Shown: positions 39,893 through 50,431, numbered from the stretch's first letter. The stretch: DNA of 64,000 nucleotides from an uncultured Chroococcidiopsis sp. (GCA_964248365.1 CAXTYC010000017.1:47664-111663), one strand, 5' to 3'. Notes: generated by a model not told the origin, from the letters alone. Numbers and translations: made by a program.

Positions 39893-42478
39893 CTACCAAC
39901 CCACGACAATCATCCAAAGACTAATTCCCAACACTAGGGTAGATAAATGTTGTGGTAAAAGCGATCGCATCGGTTGACGGGCGATTTTCCCAGTTAATAT
40001 CACCGTCAACAGAACTGAAAAAATCAGCGTTGTTCCTTGCAAAAAAGCCGTGACAGCAGGATGAGCCACCAAAACAGGCATTCCCTCACCGCCCAAGCCA
40101 AATGTTGCCAAACTCACAGGCAGAATACGTCCTGCTTCCCCCAACCCCAAACGCAGATAGTAAGCCAAATTTCCACCCCATACTAGGGGTAAGTAACCAT
40201 AGGCAAGTTCCACAAATGGTTTAGGTTTGGGCATTGGGAATGCTGATTTTGGCTTGTCCCCAGGCGATCGCTTGGGAATGTAATTGATTAACCAATGATA
40301 AAGCTGCATCAAACCATATACCAGCAGAGCAACACTAGCTGGAATCATCAAAGCTAGTAGTGATAATCCCAAGTGAGGCAAAAACTGTGTTAAATCTATA
40401 TTCCAACCCAGACTTGCCTGTATTTCTGGTAAGCGATGCAGAAACACTCCACCAAACAGCAAAAACAACAAAGCTACTTCATAACTGCGGGGGACATGGG
40501 TAGTCCACAACTCAATTCCAGGGGGACGTAAATTCACCTCTACAGAACGATGGGGACAAGCTTTGAGACAAGTCATGCACAAAACACAATCTCGGTTATC
40601 TTCGAGTTGTGCTGGATGAGAATACAACGGACAGCCCCCTGTTTCCATTCCCTCACCTTTTTGGGGACCACCTTTATAACACTGATAAGTAGTGCATTCT
40701 GCCGAACAAGTACCCTGCTGCGCTCGTAGCTCAGTCATTGATAATTTGGCAAATAAACCATTCATCCCCCCAATGGGACACAAATAGCGACACCAAAACC
40801 GCCGCTCAAAAATCGCAGAGAAAATCATAGCCCCAGCGGTGATTAAGAGCAGTAAACAAGAAGAAAGGTAAGCTGTATCTTCTAGATGCCAAAGTTCTTC
40901 CCACAAGAAAATTAGGGTAAATAACCCAAACAAAAACCATCCTCCCCATTTTTCCGCTGACTCTCGTGGCCAACGCTTCAACTGCCGAGGAAAAAGCCAT
41001 AGGGATAGCTTTTGCGTGACTTCTCCGTAAATCATGAATGGACATACGGCACACCACACTCGCCCCACAAACGGAAAACCCAGCAATACCAAAGGCCACC
41101 ACCAAGCCCAAAACATATTTAAGGCGAAATTCTCACTGCGATGCTGAGGACCTACAAATAAGATTGCTACAACGATCGCAAAAAACCACAAGGTAAAGCC
41201 GTAGTTGATTCGGTCTGGCCACCAAGGACTACGTAGAAACCGTCGTAGACCAGGATAAAGATTTAACAAATTGACGCGAAATTGTTTTTTCTTCGTCTGG
41301 GCTGACCAAAAGATTTCTTCGGTTAACTCAAGATTGCCCGCTGACTGGACAATTGCTCTTTCTACCAGGCTTTGTAATTCTTGAAAGTTGCCAGGGAAAT
41401 CGTAGGATTGTAAGCGGCGCAGAGCTTCTGGTGTGATTGTAGGTTTAGCAATACTTCTACTGCGCGTATAAAGACTGATGTAGTATTCGACTAAAGCTTT
41501 GAGATCAGCTTTACGCACTCTTAGAGGAGGCACTTTAATCGTATGACCGACACAACGCGCGATCGCAGGTTGTGTTTTTTCAGCAATCATCAAAATACGC
41601 GCTCTACTAGTACGCGGTTGTACTGACTCATCTTCCGCCCGACTAACTGGGGTGTAAGTACCCGTTTGTAACAACTGAGCTATTTTAGGTACTAATTCCG
41701 AGGGCAATTCTTGGATATTATTCAGAATTAAAGTACCTTCACCCAGCCATTCGATTAATCCTGGTTTTCCATTAGCACGACCAAATAGATCTGCACCGCT
41801 CGTTTGCAGAAGACCACAGTTGACTTTAATTATCGGTTCTCGTCGTTGGGAAGAACCAAAGTGGATCAGGCTAGCTATATTGTCTTTCTCTAGTCCTGGT
41901 TCGCCAAAAATTAGAACTGACTTGCGATCGCTAGCGGCTTCTCTGATTTCCTGACGCAGACGCACAGCATAGCGACTTGTCCCGACAACGCCGCGTTTTA
42001 CCTTAGTTACTAGATAAGGACGTAAGGCGATCGCTCGCTCTTGCTCATAGGTAAGTGCAGAGGTTAGCTGACTTAATTCTTGCGCTAATTGGCGGGAGAC
42101 AACCTCAAGAATTTCTGGGTATTGAGCCACTATCTCTCGGAAAGAAGCAGCCCGAACAACCCACAGGTGACACTCAGATAAAGTGGTAATTGTTCTTTGG
42201 GCTGGCTGATCTAATAGCAACTCCTGTAGGTTAATGACTGCTCCAGGGAGTAGACTAGTCGCTCCAATTGAGTTTGTTTGACTGGTGCGAACGCTTTCCA
42301 GATGACCTTGTTTGAGAATGTATAGTGCATCTGGGGGAGTGTCTTCTAAAACTAGGCGCACCTGTGCTGGTACAATTTGCTCTTCTATTACCCTTGCGAT
42401 CGCATTTAATACCTCTGGCGACAAGACTGCTAGAGCCGTTCGCTCTTGTAGCCATATCACTAAGTCTGGAGATATCAT
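39893..42478 (-). CDS. cNMP-binding + sigma54-activator-like AAA + polytopic 4Fe-4S (NapH/NosR-like) membrane protein
   Basis: N-terminal cNMP fold; GEPGLEKD, PPLRVRKAD, YDFPGN; GRVWCAVCP, WCRYLCPIG, DCVLCMTCLKACP. Confidence 0.85.
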   Translation of the reverse strand: MISPDLVIWLQERTALAVLSPEVLNAIARVIEEQIVPAQVRLVLEDTPPDALYILKQGHLESVRTSQTNSIGATSLLPGAVINLQELLLDQPAQRTITTLSECHLWVVRAASFREIVAQYPEILEVVSRQLAQELSQLTSALTYEQERAIALRPYLVTKVKRGVVGTSRYAVRLRQEIREAASDRKSVLIFGEPGLEKDNIASLIHFGSSQRREPIIKVNCGLLQTSGADLFGRANGKPGLIEWLGEGTLILNNIQELPSELVPKIAQLLQTGTYTPVSRAEDESVQPRTSRARILMIAEKTQPAIARCVGHTIKVPPLRVRKADLKALVEYYISLYTRSRSIAKPTITPEALRRLQSYDFPGNFQELQSLVERAIVQSAGNLELTEEIFWSAQTKKKQFRVNLLNLYPGLRRFLRSPWWPDRINYGFTLWFFAIVVAILFVGPQHRSENFALNMFWAWWWPLVLLGFPFVGRVWCAVCPFMIYGEVTQKLSLWLFPRQLKRWPRESAEKWGGWFLFGLFTLIFLWEELWHLEDTAYLSSCLLLLITAGAMIFSAIFERRFWCRYLCPIGGMNGLFAKLSMTELRAQQGTCSAECTTYQCYKGGPQKGEGMETGGCPLYSHPAQLEDNRDCVLCMTCLKACPHRSVEVNLRPPGIELWTTHVPRSYEVALLFLLFGGVFLHRLPEIQASLGWNIDLTQFLPHLGLSLLALMIPASVALLVYGLMQLYHWLINYIPKRSPGDKPKSAFPMPKPKPFVELAYGYLPLVWGGNLAYYLRLGLGEAGRILPVSLATFGLGGEGMPVLVAHPAVTAFLQGTTLIFSVLLTVILTGKIARQPMRSLLPQHLSTLVLGISLWMIVVGW

Positions 42479-42641
42479 AGTTACTTTGCCGCTTGCAATA
42501 CTTCCTATTTTAGATTTATTGCTTCACCCTGCTAAACAATCTAAATACCCCAAGCCCCGCTGGCGTTGATCGATAGCGCCAATTTATACTTTTGATTGGC
42601 GCTTTCCTAGACTGTTAGCTGCAAGTTCTAAACCGAGTGCT

Positions 42642-42734
42642 ATGAGTATGGCGGATCTTCCCAATCTCTGGGTTCCTTTGACACTTCTTGGTTTAATTGT
42701 AATTGCTGCTATTTTTTTCAGCCGCAGCCGCTAA
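42642..42734 (+). CDS. Putative 30-aa single-TM microprotein
   Basis: MSMADLPNLWVPLTLLGLIVIAAIFFSRSR*; below the ORF-track length cutoff. Confidence 0.5.
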   Translation: MSMADLPNLWVPLTLLGLIVIAAIFFSRSR

Positions 42735-42836
42735 TATAATTCGGAAGACCCACGACAGAAGTCAGTAGTCAGAATAGTTAATTCTTCATCTTGTCCATCT
42801 CCCCCTCTCCCCTTTTGCCCCTTTTGCCCCTCGTCC

Positions 42837-43808
42837 CTAATAAAGCCGATCTAAGACATATTCAGTCATGTTAATCAAGGCTTGTCGAGATTCGGAGGGT
42901 GGTAGATCATTTAAATGCTCAACTGCTTTATTGGCATGATAAGCAGCTAATTCCCGCGATCGCTTGATGCCTTGACTATCTAAAATTAGAGCGATCGCTT
43001 TGTCTAAATCCCCTGACTGCTCAAACCTCCGTTCAATCAAGGTTTCTAAGTATGGTTTTTCTTCTAGGGCAAATAAAGCCGGAGCAGTCAGATTACCACT
43101 TTTAAGATCCGATCCTGCTGGCTTACCCAAAGTTTCTGTCGAACCAGTAAAATCCAAAATGTCATCTACAATTTGGAACGCTAAACCCCAATGACGACCA
43201 TAGCCGTGTAGATGCTCCGCTGTTTCTTGAGAAACTCCGCTGAGTAAACCAGCAGCTTTGGAACTGTTAGCGATCAAAGAAGCCGTTTTGTAATAGCTCT
43301 TGTCTAAGTAAGTTTCTAATGTGATGGAGGTATCAAAACGAGTTACTCCCTGCTGAATCTCACCTGCTGCAAAATTCATAATTACTTCTGAGAGTAATTT
43401 TACTACCTCTAGGTTGTCCAGGTTAGCTAAATGCCAGGAAGCTTGGGCAAACAGGAAATCCCCAGCCAATATAGCTACGCGATTATCAAACAAACTATGA
43501 ACGGTGGGAACTCCACGCCGCATGGGCGCTTCATCTACCACATCGTCATGTACTAAACTTGCCGTGTGAATCATTTCTGTAATTTCGGCTAACCTGCGGT
43601 GACGGGGGGTAATGTCTTCATCCAACATTGTCGCCCGTGACATCAGCAAGACAATTGCTGGTCGCACCCGCTTTCCTCCAGCTCCGAACAGGTATTCTGC
43701 CGCTGCAAACAGGATGGGATGACGTGTACCTATTAACTCTATTAAGTTCTCTGACAGCAAACGCAGGTCTGCTTCAACTGGAGAAAAGAGGGAAGTCGCT
43801 GAGGTCAT
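42837..43808 (-). CDS. sds: Solanesyl diphosphate synthase
   Basis: GGKRVRP, LVHDDVVD, RRG, YKTASL, FQIVDDILD. Confidence 0.92.
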   Translation of the reverse strand: MTSATSLFSPVEADLRLLSENLIELIGTRHPILFAAAEYLFGAGGKRVRPAIVLLMSRATMLDEDITPRHRRLAEITEMIHTASLVHDDVVDEAPMRRGVPTVHSLFDNRVAILAGDFLFAQASWHLANLDNLEVVKLLSEVIMNFAAGEIQQGVTRFDTSITLETYLDKSYYKTASLIANSSKAAGLLSGVSQETAEHLHGYGRHWGLAFQIVDDILDFTGSTETLGKPAGSDLKSGNLTAPALFALEEKPYLETLIERRFEQSGDLDKAIALILDSQGIKRSRELAAYHANKAVEHLNDLPPSESRQALINMTEYVLDRLY

Positions 43809-43829
43809 GAATAACTGACTCTATATTTG

Positions 43830-43847
43830 TTTACGAAATTTTACATA
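43830..43847. promoter_or_regulatory. HLR1 (RpaB)-like direct repeat upstream of sds
   Basis: TTTACGAA-AT-TTTACATA compared with consensus (G/T)TTACA(T/A)(T/A)-N2-(G/T)TTACA(T/A)(T/A). Confidence 0.5.
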
Positions 43848-44506
43848 TTCTGTACTCATTTTAAGCGCGATCGCGGCAAGCTAGGGATTTCATTTTTTGC
43901 TATTGCAAAGGAGGGAGTAGGTTCGCGCTTTGGGAGCAGGGGGGACTCGCTCTTCCCCGTCCCCGAACTCTATGGGGATAGGGGGGAGAGGGGGGCACTT
44001 TGGCACTTTGGCAGGGGGTGCACTTTGGCAGGGGGGAGATGAAAGAATTAAATATTCTATCTTCTGTCTTCTGTCTCCTTTCCCCTTTCCCCTTTTCCCT
44101 AAAAGTCTAGATTCTTGTGTTAGCCTAGATGATGAGGCATTTAAACAAATTCACACAATCAACACAAATCAGTCGCTCATTCTTGACCGACAAGAGTTGC
44201 TAGTTGAAGTAAGTGTAAATAGTTAAGCGCAGTCCAGATACTTGGCATCATTCCAAAATTACTTGGTACTGGTCAGTCAATTAACTGGTTAGACCCGTTT
44301 GCTGCCAAAACCACGTAGTCGGGCAATTGAGGGTATTGGATAAGTGGCGTGCAAAGAAAAAATAAATAATAAAATTGCCGGAAAATAATTAAGTTTTCTG
44401 GCAATTTTAGAGTGTTAAAAAACCACCCAAAAATTTTTGCTGGTGGTTAATTTGCTCTGCGTGTATTAAAAATTTCATCTTCCTCTCTCTTAACGCTGGC
44501 GGTAAA

Positions 44507-44629
44507 ATGACTTACGGTAATGTACCTGTGATTATTCCTATTTTGGCGACTGGTTATTTATTAACTGTTTATGTATTATTAGCACTGGCACAGCGCCATA
44601 CTAAAAATTCTAGAGCAGGGGAGAATTAG
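44507..44629 (+). CDS. Putative 40-aa single-TM microprotein
   Basis: MTYGNVPVIIPILATGYLLTVYVLLALAQRHTKNSRAGEN*. Confidence 0.5.
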   Translation: MTYGNVPVIIPILATGYLLTVYVLLALAQRHTKNSRAGEN

Positions 44630-44718
44630 GCAGAGGAGCAGGGGGGCAGGGGAGGAGGGGAGAAAAGAACAATTTCGAATTTTCCTTTCCCCTTTACCCT
44701 TTTCCCTTTTTCTCGCCC

Positions 44719-45624
44719 CTAATCAAGAAATTCGAGTGGTAGGCTAGGAGTTAGTGTATCTTCTAAGAAAACTTGCTCAACGAGTGGGGTGTAGCCTAGC
44801 CATCGTACGGACGATTGGGCAAATTGATGAGGGCATCCGCTGACGTAGAAGCGAGTTGGAAAAGGCGGGTAAGTATTCCTTAATCCTAGCAAATCCAGTT
44901 CTTGAGCTACAGCTTTGACAAGGTAAATAGCTGGATCAACCAGTTTAACTGATGGTGGAAGCAGCGATCGCAAAACAGGTGCTAAGTGGGGGTAATGAGT
45001 ACAGCCATAGATTAAAGTGTCAATTTGCTGCCCTCGTAAAGGAGCCAAATATCGCCGTGCCACTTCCTTAGTATAAGGATCGTGGAGCCGATTTTGCTCA
45101 ATCAATGGCACAAACTCAGGACACCCAACCTGCCAAACCTGAGCAGTACCATCAATTTCTAGAATCGCTTGTGGATAGGCATTGCTAGCAGCAGTTGCTG
45201 GGGTAGAGATCACACCAATTCGTTTACCTTGCTGGATGGCTGCTTTAGCTCCAGGTAGGATTACCCCCAAAATTGGAAAAGGAAATTCAGAGCGCACTGT
45301 CTCCAACGCCAAAGCCGAACTAGTATTGCAAGCCATGATTGCCATTTTGACTTGCTTTTTTTGCATCCAACCCAGGATTTGCCGCGCAAATTGTATAATT
45401 TCTGTCTTAGAGCGGTTGCCATAAGGCAGCCGAGCTGTATCTCCAAAATAAAGAATTGATTCTTTGGGAAGTTGCTGATAAAGCTGAGTTAAAACAGTAA
45501 GCCCACCCACACCGCTATCAAAAACTCCAATCGGAGATTGCTGAGGTTCTCGACTCAGAAAGTAAGAAAAATTGCTGTTGCAGGTAGAAGAATAAGATAC
45601 AGTTCGATTGTTGCCAGTGATCAT
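44719..45624 (-). CDS. murI: Glutamate racemase
   Basis: IGVFDSGVGGLTV, DTARLPYG, MACNTSS, YGCTHYP. Confidence 0.96.
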   Translation of the reverse strand: MITGNNRTVSYSSTCNSNFSYFLSREPQQSPIGVFDSGVGGLTVLTQLYQQLPKESILYFGDTARLPYGNRSKTEIIQFARQILGWMQKKQVKMAIMACNTSSALALETVRSEFPFPILGVILPGAKAAIQQGKRIGVISTPATAASNAYPQAILEIDGTAQVWQVGCPEFVPLIEQNRLHDPYTKEVARRYLAPLRGQQIDTLIYGCTHYPHLAPVLRSLLPPSVKLVDPAIYLVKAVAQELDLLGLRNTYPPFPTRFYVSGCPHQFAQSSVRWLGYTPLVEQVFLEDTLTPSLPLEFLD

Positions 45625-45750
45625 GCTTGTCGCAGGGTTAGAAGCGAGTTTGATAGGTTGATGGGTGTGAGGAATGGGAAAACAATACTTTCAAACCCGC
45701 CTGTCAACTTGTCAGTTACCAGGCACAAATGTATAATTAAGTATTATTAC

Positions 45751-47724
45751 CTAATTTTGCCGGATGTACTGCAAAATACCGCGAACGATCGCCTCAGCCA
45801 TTTGATTTTGGTAATCCGAAGTTGCCAGTTTAGGAGCGTCTTCACGACCCGTCACAAAACCAACTTCCACTAAAACAGCAGGCATTGAACTCTTCCTTAA
45901 TACATAAAATCTAGCTTTTCGCACATGGCGATCGTGGATATTAACATTTTGCAAAATGTTGTTATGAATTGTCTGAGCTAGACGATTACCACTGTCGAAA
46001 TAATACGTCTCCAAACCACTGACATCAGGACGGGTAGGAAGGGAATTAGCGTGAATACTAACAAACAAGTCGGCATTTGCCCGCTCTGCTATGTCTACTC
46101 GTGGTTGTAAATCAACGAAATAGTCAGAATCTCGCGTCAGTACGGCTTGAATGCCCTTTTCCTCCAAAAGCTGGGCTATCCGTTTGGAAATTGGTAAAAT
46201 TATATTCTTTTCTTGCAGCCCACCAATCCCAATCGCGCCTGGGTCTTTACCTCCATGTCCAGGGTCAACGATCACGACAAGCCGCCCCTTACGAGCCAAA
46301 GGTCGTGCTGGTGGTCGCTTGATTTCTGGTGGTGGCGATGGCGCAGAAATAGAAGTATTAGAATTTGGGTTAGTAGAGGAGGGCGGTGTCAATACAAGAG
46401 AAGAGCGTTGTAACTCTAGAGATAACAACTCCGGTCTAGGCTGCTCGATATCCCTCACTCGCACCCCTGCTGCTGGCTGTACCAAAATCGTTACCGTTCG
46501 GGGGTCAGTTTGACGTAAACGTACTCTTAGTACAGGACTGCTAGCGTCTAGGGATGGTCCTTTAACTGAAGAAGCTAACTGAGCATTGGTAACAGTGATG
46601 CTGTAAGAGGCAGATTGACGATCCCAGCCGCTGGCATAAGTGATGATTTGATCGGCTTTGATCAGCAGTTGTGTTCCATCTCCAGACAGTTCTATAGACC
46701 CAATAGTTGCTAAGTCTGGTGAGGCTTGGGAAAGTGGAGCTGATTGTCTGTTCTCTTGTGTTGCTAGCGGCTGACTATTGGTGGGTAGCAAGACTATACC
46801 ACCAAATTGACCACGTAAGTTACTATCGCTTGCCCTCCAGTTCGGGCTATCTGGATTTACCTCCATTGTCATACGGACAATGGGCGGCGAACTTTGTATT
46901 TGGGTCAGCTTGATACTATTAATGCCATAGCGATCGTCCAACAGTTTTGGCTGAACAAAGCGCGGTGATAGGGTTGCGCCTTTGAGGTCAATATTAATGT
47001 TGGTTTGGTCAGAGCTTCGATTGAGTTGAATGTCAGGGCTACCACTACCAGTAGTACGGATAAAAAATCCATCTCCTGTGGGTAGTACTCTCTGCACTTG
47101 AAGGGTGTCTGAAGCTGGGGCATCAGATACCGTGTCCCGAGCAACTTTATTTACAACCAAACGTCTAGGTTTAGAATCGGGCTGGGTAGGTGTAATTACT
47201 GAGAATAACTTTCTAGGGGAGGAAGCGGTGGCGGCTTGCGTGATTGGCGGTTGTGGCGCTGCTAAGCTACTGGGCTTAGATGCTTGCTCTAGCGGTGCTT
47301 GTGGTGCTGGGGCGGTTGGGGCTGAGGTAGTTGCTACTTTTTCAGGACGAGGTAGCTGTACCGTCCAGTTGCTAGGGGAAGCACCGTGAAATTTCACTTG
47401 CCCAGGGTCTAGATGATAACCTGGACTTAGTTCAATCACAAGCCGAGTTGTTGTTTTATCAACCTGCCCAACGCGGATAGAGCGATAGACACCGCCGATG
47501 TTCTTCTTTACGGTTGTCCGCTTCAAATCTGTCCCTGGTAAATCAATCACCAAACGTGTTGGGTTGAAAACCACTTTTGCCTTGGGTTGAACCTTGCCCT
47601 GGGTTTTAATTTCCAGCTTGTTGTACTTAGCATTAAAATGCCAAGCATTCAGTCTCGCTGCGGAAGCAGGAGACGAAAGTAGAAAAATGCTCAAAGTACT
47701 GGGTAATAGCCAGTATAATTTCAC
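45751..47724 (-). CDS. amiC: N-acetylmuramoyl-L-alanine amidase with AMIN domains
   Basis: Signal peptide, AMIN PTRLVIDLPG, Amidase_3 DPGHGGKDPGA, FVSIHAN, LVEVGF. Confidence 0.93.
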   Translation of the reverse strand: MKLYWLLPSTLSIFLLSSPASAARLNAWHFNAKYNKLEIKTQGKVQPKAKVVFNPTRLVIDLPGTDLKRTTVKKNIGGVYRSIRVGQVDKTTTRLVIELSPGYHLDPGQVKFHGASPSNWTVQLPRPEKVATTSAPTAPAPQAPLEQASKPSSLAAPQPPITQAATASSPRKLFSVITPTQPDSKPRRLVVNKVARDTVSDAPASDTLQVQRVLPTGDGFFIRTTGSGSPDIQLNRSSDQTNINIDLKGATLSPRFVQPKLLDDRYGINSIKLTQIQSSPPIVRMTMEVNPDSPNWRASDSNLRGQFGGIVLLPTNSQPLATQENRQSAPLSQASPDLATIGSIELSGDGTQLLIKADQIITYASGWDRQSASYSITVTNAQLASSVKGPSLDASSPVLRVRLRQTDPRTVTILVQPAAGVRVRDIEQPRPELLSLELQRSSLVLTPPSSTNPNSNTSISAPSPPPEIKRPPARPLARKGRLVVIVDPGHGGKDPGAIGIGGLQEKNIILPISKRIAQLLEEKGIQAVLTRDSDYFVDLQPRVDIAERANADLFVSIHANSLPTRPDVSGLETYYFDSGNRLAQTIHNNILQNVNIHDRHVRKARFYVLRKSSMPAVLVEVGFVTGREDAPKLATSDYQNQMAEAIVRGILQYIRQN

Positions 47725-48310
47725 GGTACTTTCTCCTTATTCGCATTCATCCGATGCAGTCAACGTCTCCTGAAGTTGGCGCTTCACTCCATCAAATATT
47801 GAACTTTTTGCCCTATGCCGACCATGAGTATATACGAGTAATCAGTAGATAGCTGAAATTGGATTTAAACATACTATGAAATGCTCTCATCCGATCTGAC
47901 GCGAAACATTGATTTTCGTTCTCACAAGGGTTAGCGATGCCTTAGGGCGAACCATAATCAACTGAGCTACCAATTTACAGAAAAATTAATTGAATAGCAA
48001 AGGTTTTTGTAGTATAATTTAATCCTTTTTAACCGATAGTGGGCGTTAATGCCTCCCTTGTTCAGCAAAAAAATTTGTCAATTGGTCAATATATTGCAGC
48101 AATACGTCGGTTGTGGTTGAATTTTGCCGTTTACCGTCCTGCTAATGACATCAAAATTTACAAATAAGGGGGCTAGGGGCTAGGGGCTGGGGACTAGGGG
48201 AAGCCTGTGGCAGGGTAAAGGGTAAAAGTAATTCGTAATTCGTAATTCGTAATTCGTAGTTAATCATTCTCCCCCTCCTCTTCTAGCCCCTAGCCCCTAG
48301 CCCCCAGCCC

Positions 48311-49750
48311 CTATTTGGGTGATGCCTGAGTACCTGTTAAAACTGAGTCTGGCTTGCCTGTGGCTGGTGTTGTTTGGGGAAACACGAAACGTAACAGGGG
48401 AGGTGCTACAAAAGTCGTCAGGATAACCATCATGATAATTGCCGCTTCAAGCGGTTTTGAGAGAATACCACTAGCAGAACCAACCCCAGCAAACACTAGT
48501 CCAACCTCACCGCGAGGAATCATCCCAACACCAATCGCTAAGCGGTTGATGCCAGGTTGTCCAAATACTGCCAAGCCTGTGACTACTTTACCGATAACGG
48601 CGATCGCAATGAGGAAAGTAGCAATTACTAGCCCCTCGCGGTTACTGGGAATTGCAGGATTTAGTACGCCTAAGTCGGTTTTAGCACCGACAGTCACAAA
48701 GAAAATTGGCACTAGCATATCAGCGATCGGTGCTACCTGTTTTTGCAATTCTTTGCGCTTATCAGTCTCGTCCAAAACTAAGCCAGCGGCAAACGCCCCC
48801 AAAATCGCTTCTAAGTGAATAGCAGCAGCCAAATATGCCATCACAAAGGCGAAAATGAAAGCTGGGATAACCAATTCACCCCTCGTCTTGATATAGTCAA
48901 CTAGGGCGACAAAAGCCCAATTGAACACATTGCCCAGCACAATTGCACCAAGCAAGAAACCACTGGCACTGATAATTAGATAGATAACGTTACTCACGTC
49001 TACCTCGCCAGTTTTAGCCAGACTTGCCACCACTGCCAGTACAATAATACCCAGTACGTCATCGATGACAGCAGCCCCAAGAATAATCTGACCTTCTTTG
49101 GAATTAAGACTTCCCAGTTCTGATAAAACCTTAGAAGTAATACCAATACTGGTAGCAGTCAAAGCAGCACCAGCAAAAATTGCTGGCACAGCTGGTACAG
49201 CAAACAAAGTCATCAACCCCGCACTACCAGCGGCAAAAGGTACGACTACGCCCACGAAGGCGACGATGGTTGCTTGGATACCGACTGCCATCAAATCTTT
49301 TAAGTTAGATTCCAACCCAATTTCAAATAGCAGGATCACCACACCCAGTTCAGCCAAAACAGAAATTACTTCACTTTGCGCTTGAAAGGTAGCTGCTAAC
49401 TCTTGGGGGTTTAAACCCGCCCCTATTTGGATGACACTCATCAGGAAAGAACTAGACGCATCCCCCCCACCTTCGGGAAATACCAACAAATGCAAGGCAG
49501 AAATGCCTACTACTACACCACCAACAAGTTCTCCTAATACTGGTGGCAAGCCTACTCGGTTAGATAATTCCCCACCAATTTTACTAGCAAGATAAATTAT
49601 GACTAAACTCAGCAGCACAGATGCTAACACCAGCGCACTGTTTTGTTCTGATGCTGTTGTGGTTAACAGTAGGGATGTAGGTTTTCCCCAAATGGTAAAT
49701 GAAGTTATCCAGTCGAGTGTATCCAACTTTATTAGCCATCCAAAAAACAT
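48311..49750 (-). CDS. nhaS3: CPA2-family Na+/H+ antiporter (NhaS3-like)
   Basis: LPPVLGELVGG, LFEIGLES, ATSIGIT, AAVIDDVLG, GMIPRGEVGLVFA. Confidence 0.85.
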   Translation of the reverse strand: MFFGWLIKLDTLDWITSFTIWGKPTSLLLTTTASEQNSALVLASVLLSLVIIYLASKIGGELSNRVGLPPVLGELVGGVVVGISALHLLVFPEGGGDASSSFLMSVIQIGAGLNPQELAATFQAQSEVISVLAELGVVILLFEIGLESNLKDLMAVGIQATIVAFVGVVVPFAAGSAGLMTLFAVPAVPAIFAGAALTATSIGITSKVLSELGSLNSKEGQIILGAAVIDDVLGIIVLAVVASLAKTGEVDVSNVIYLIISASGFLLGAIVLGNVFNWAFVALVDYIKTRGELVIPAFIFAFVMAYLAAAIHLEAILGAFAAGLVLDETDKRKELQKQVAPIADMLVPIFFVTVGAKTDLGVLNPAIPSNREGLVIATFLIAIAVIGKVVTGLAVFGQPGINRLAIGVGMIPRGEVGLVFAGVGSASGILSKPLEAAIIMMVILTTFVAPPLLRFVFPQTTPATGKPDSVLTGTQASPK

Positions 49751-49873
49751 CCTTTTAAATGTACTAGAAGGTTCATCAAGTACGCTGGTAGTTAATCGGT
49801 AACAGACTTAAAAAGAAACCTGCAACGCGATCGCGCTCCAGGTGCAATACTTGCCGCCCTCGTTAAAATTAGC

Positions 49874-50431
49874 TTAAGCGCTTACTTTTTGGTGGAGCAT
49901 AGTCATAATTTGTGTCATTTGTTGCTTCAACCGTTCTATTTCTGCCTGCATTGTGGCAATTTTGTCAGTTAGAACTTCCGTTTGGGCTGTTGGGGCTGCA
50001 ACAGCGACTGTAGCTGCTGGAATTGCAGTTTGTACTTGGGCTGGTTTGCGAGGCAGTTTAGACTTTGCCATCGCTGATTTGATTGCCCCAATTAAATCTT
50101 TCTGTTCAAAGGGCTTGGGGATAAATTCAAAATACTCAAACGGTTCTGGGAGTTTCTCAACTACTTCTTCCTTACGACCTGACATTACCACCAAGGGGAT
50201 TTTCTGCAAGTCAGCATTTTGTTGAATCTGCTGATAAACTTCCCAACCACTAAGTTTAGGCAGCAGAAAGTCAAGCATAATCAGGTTTGGTCGTTCCTGA
50301 CGAATTAAATTGAGTCCTTCCAGACCATCTTTTGCTTCCAAAACTTCAAAGTTGCCAGGTGGCAACATTTCCTTTACTCGCACCCGAATGACACGACTGT
50401 CATCGATCACCAGGATTTTGTTACTTGCCAC
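49874..50431 (-). CDS. Response regulator: receiver domain plus short C-terminal coiled coil
   Basis: VIDDS, IMLDFLLP, KPF; GTG start after GAGGAG. Confidence 0.88.
   Translation of the reverse strand: MASNKILVIDDSRVIRVRVKEMLPPGNFEVLEAKDGLEGLNLIRQERPNLIMLDFLLPKLSGWEVYQQIQQNADLQKIPLVVMSGRKEEVVEKLPEPFEYFEFIPKPFEQKDLIGAIKSAMAKSKLPRKPAQVQTAIPAATVAVAAPTAQTEVLTDKIATMQAEIERLKQQMTQIMTMLHQKVSA

Noticed and set aside
43827..44226. ORFs 43827-44042 and 43930-44226
   Set aside because: Largely translations of STRR and GGCACTTT repeats (GGRGGHFGTLAGG, PFPFPLFP); no evidence they are coding.
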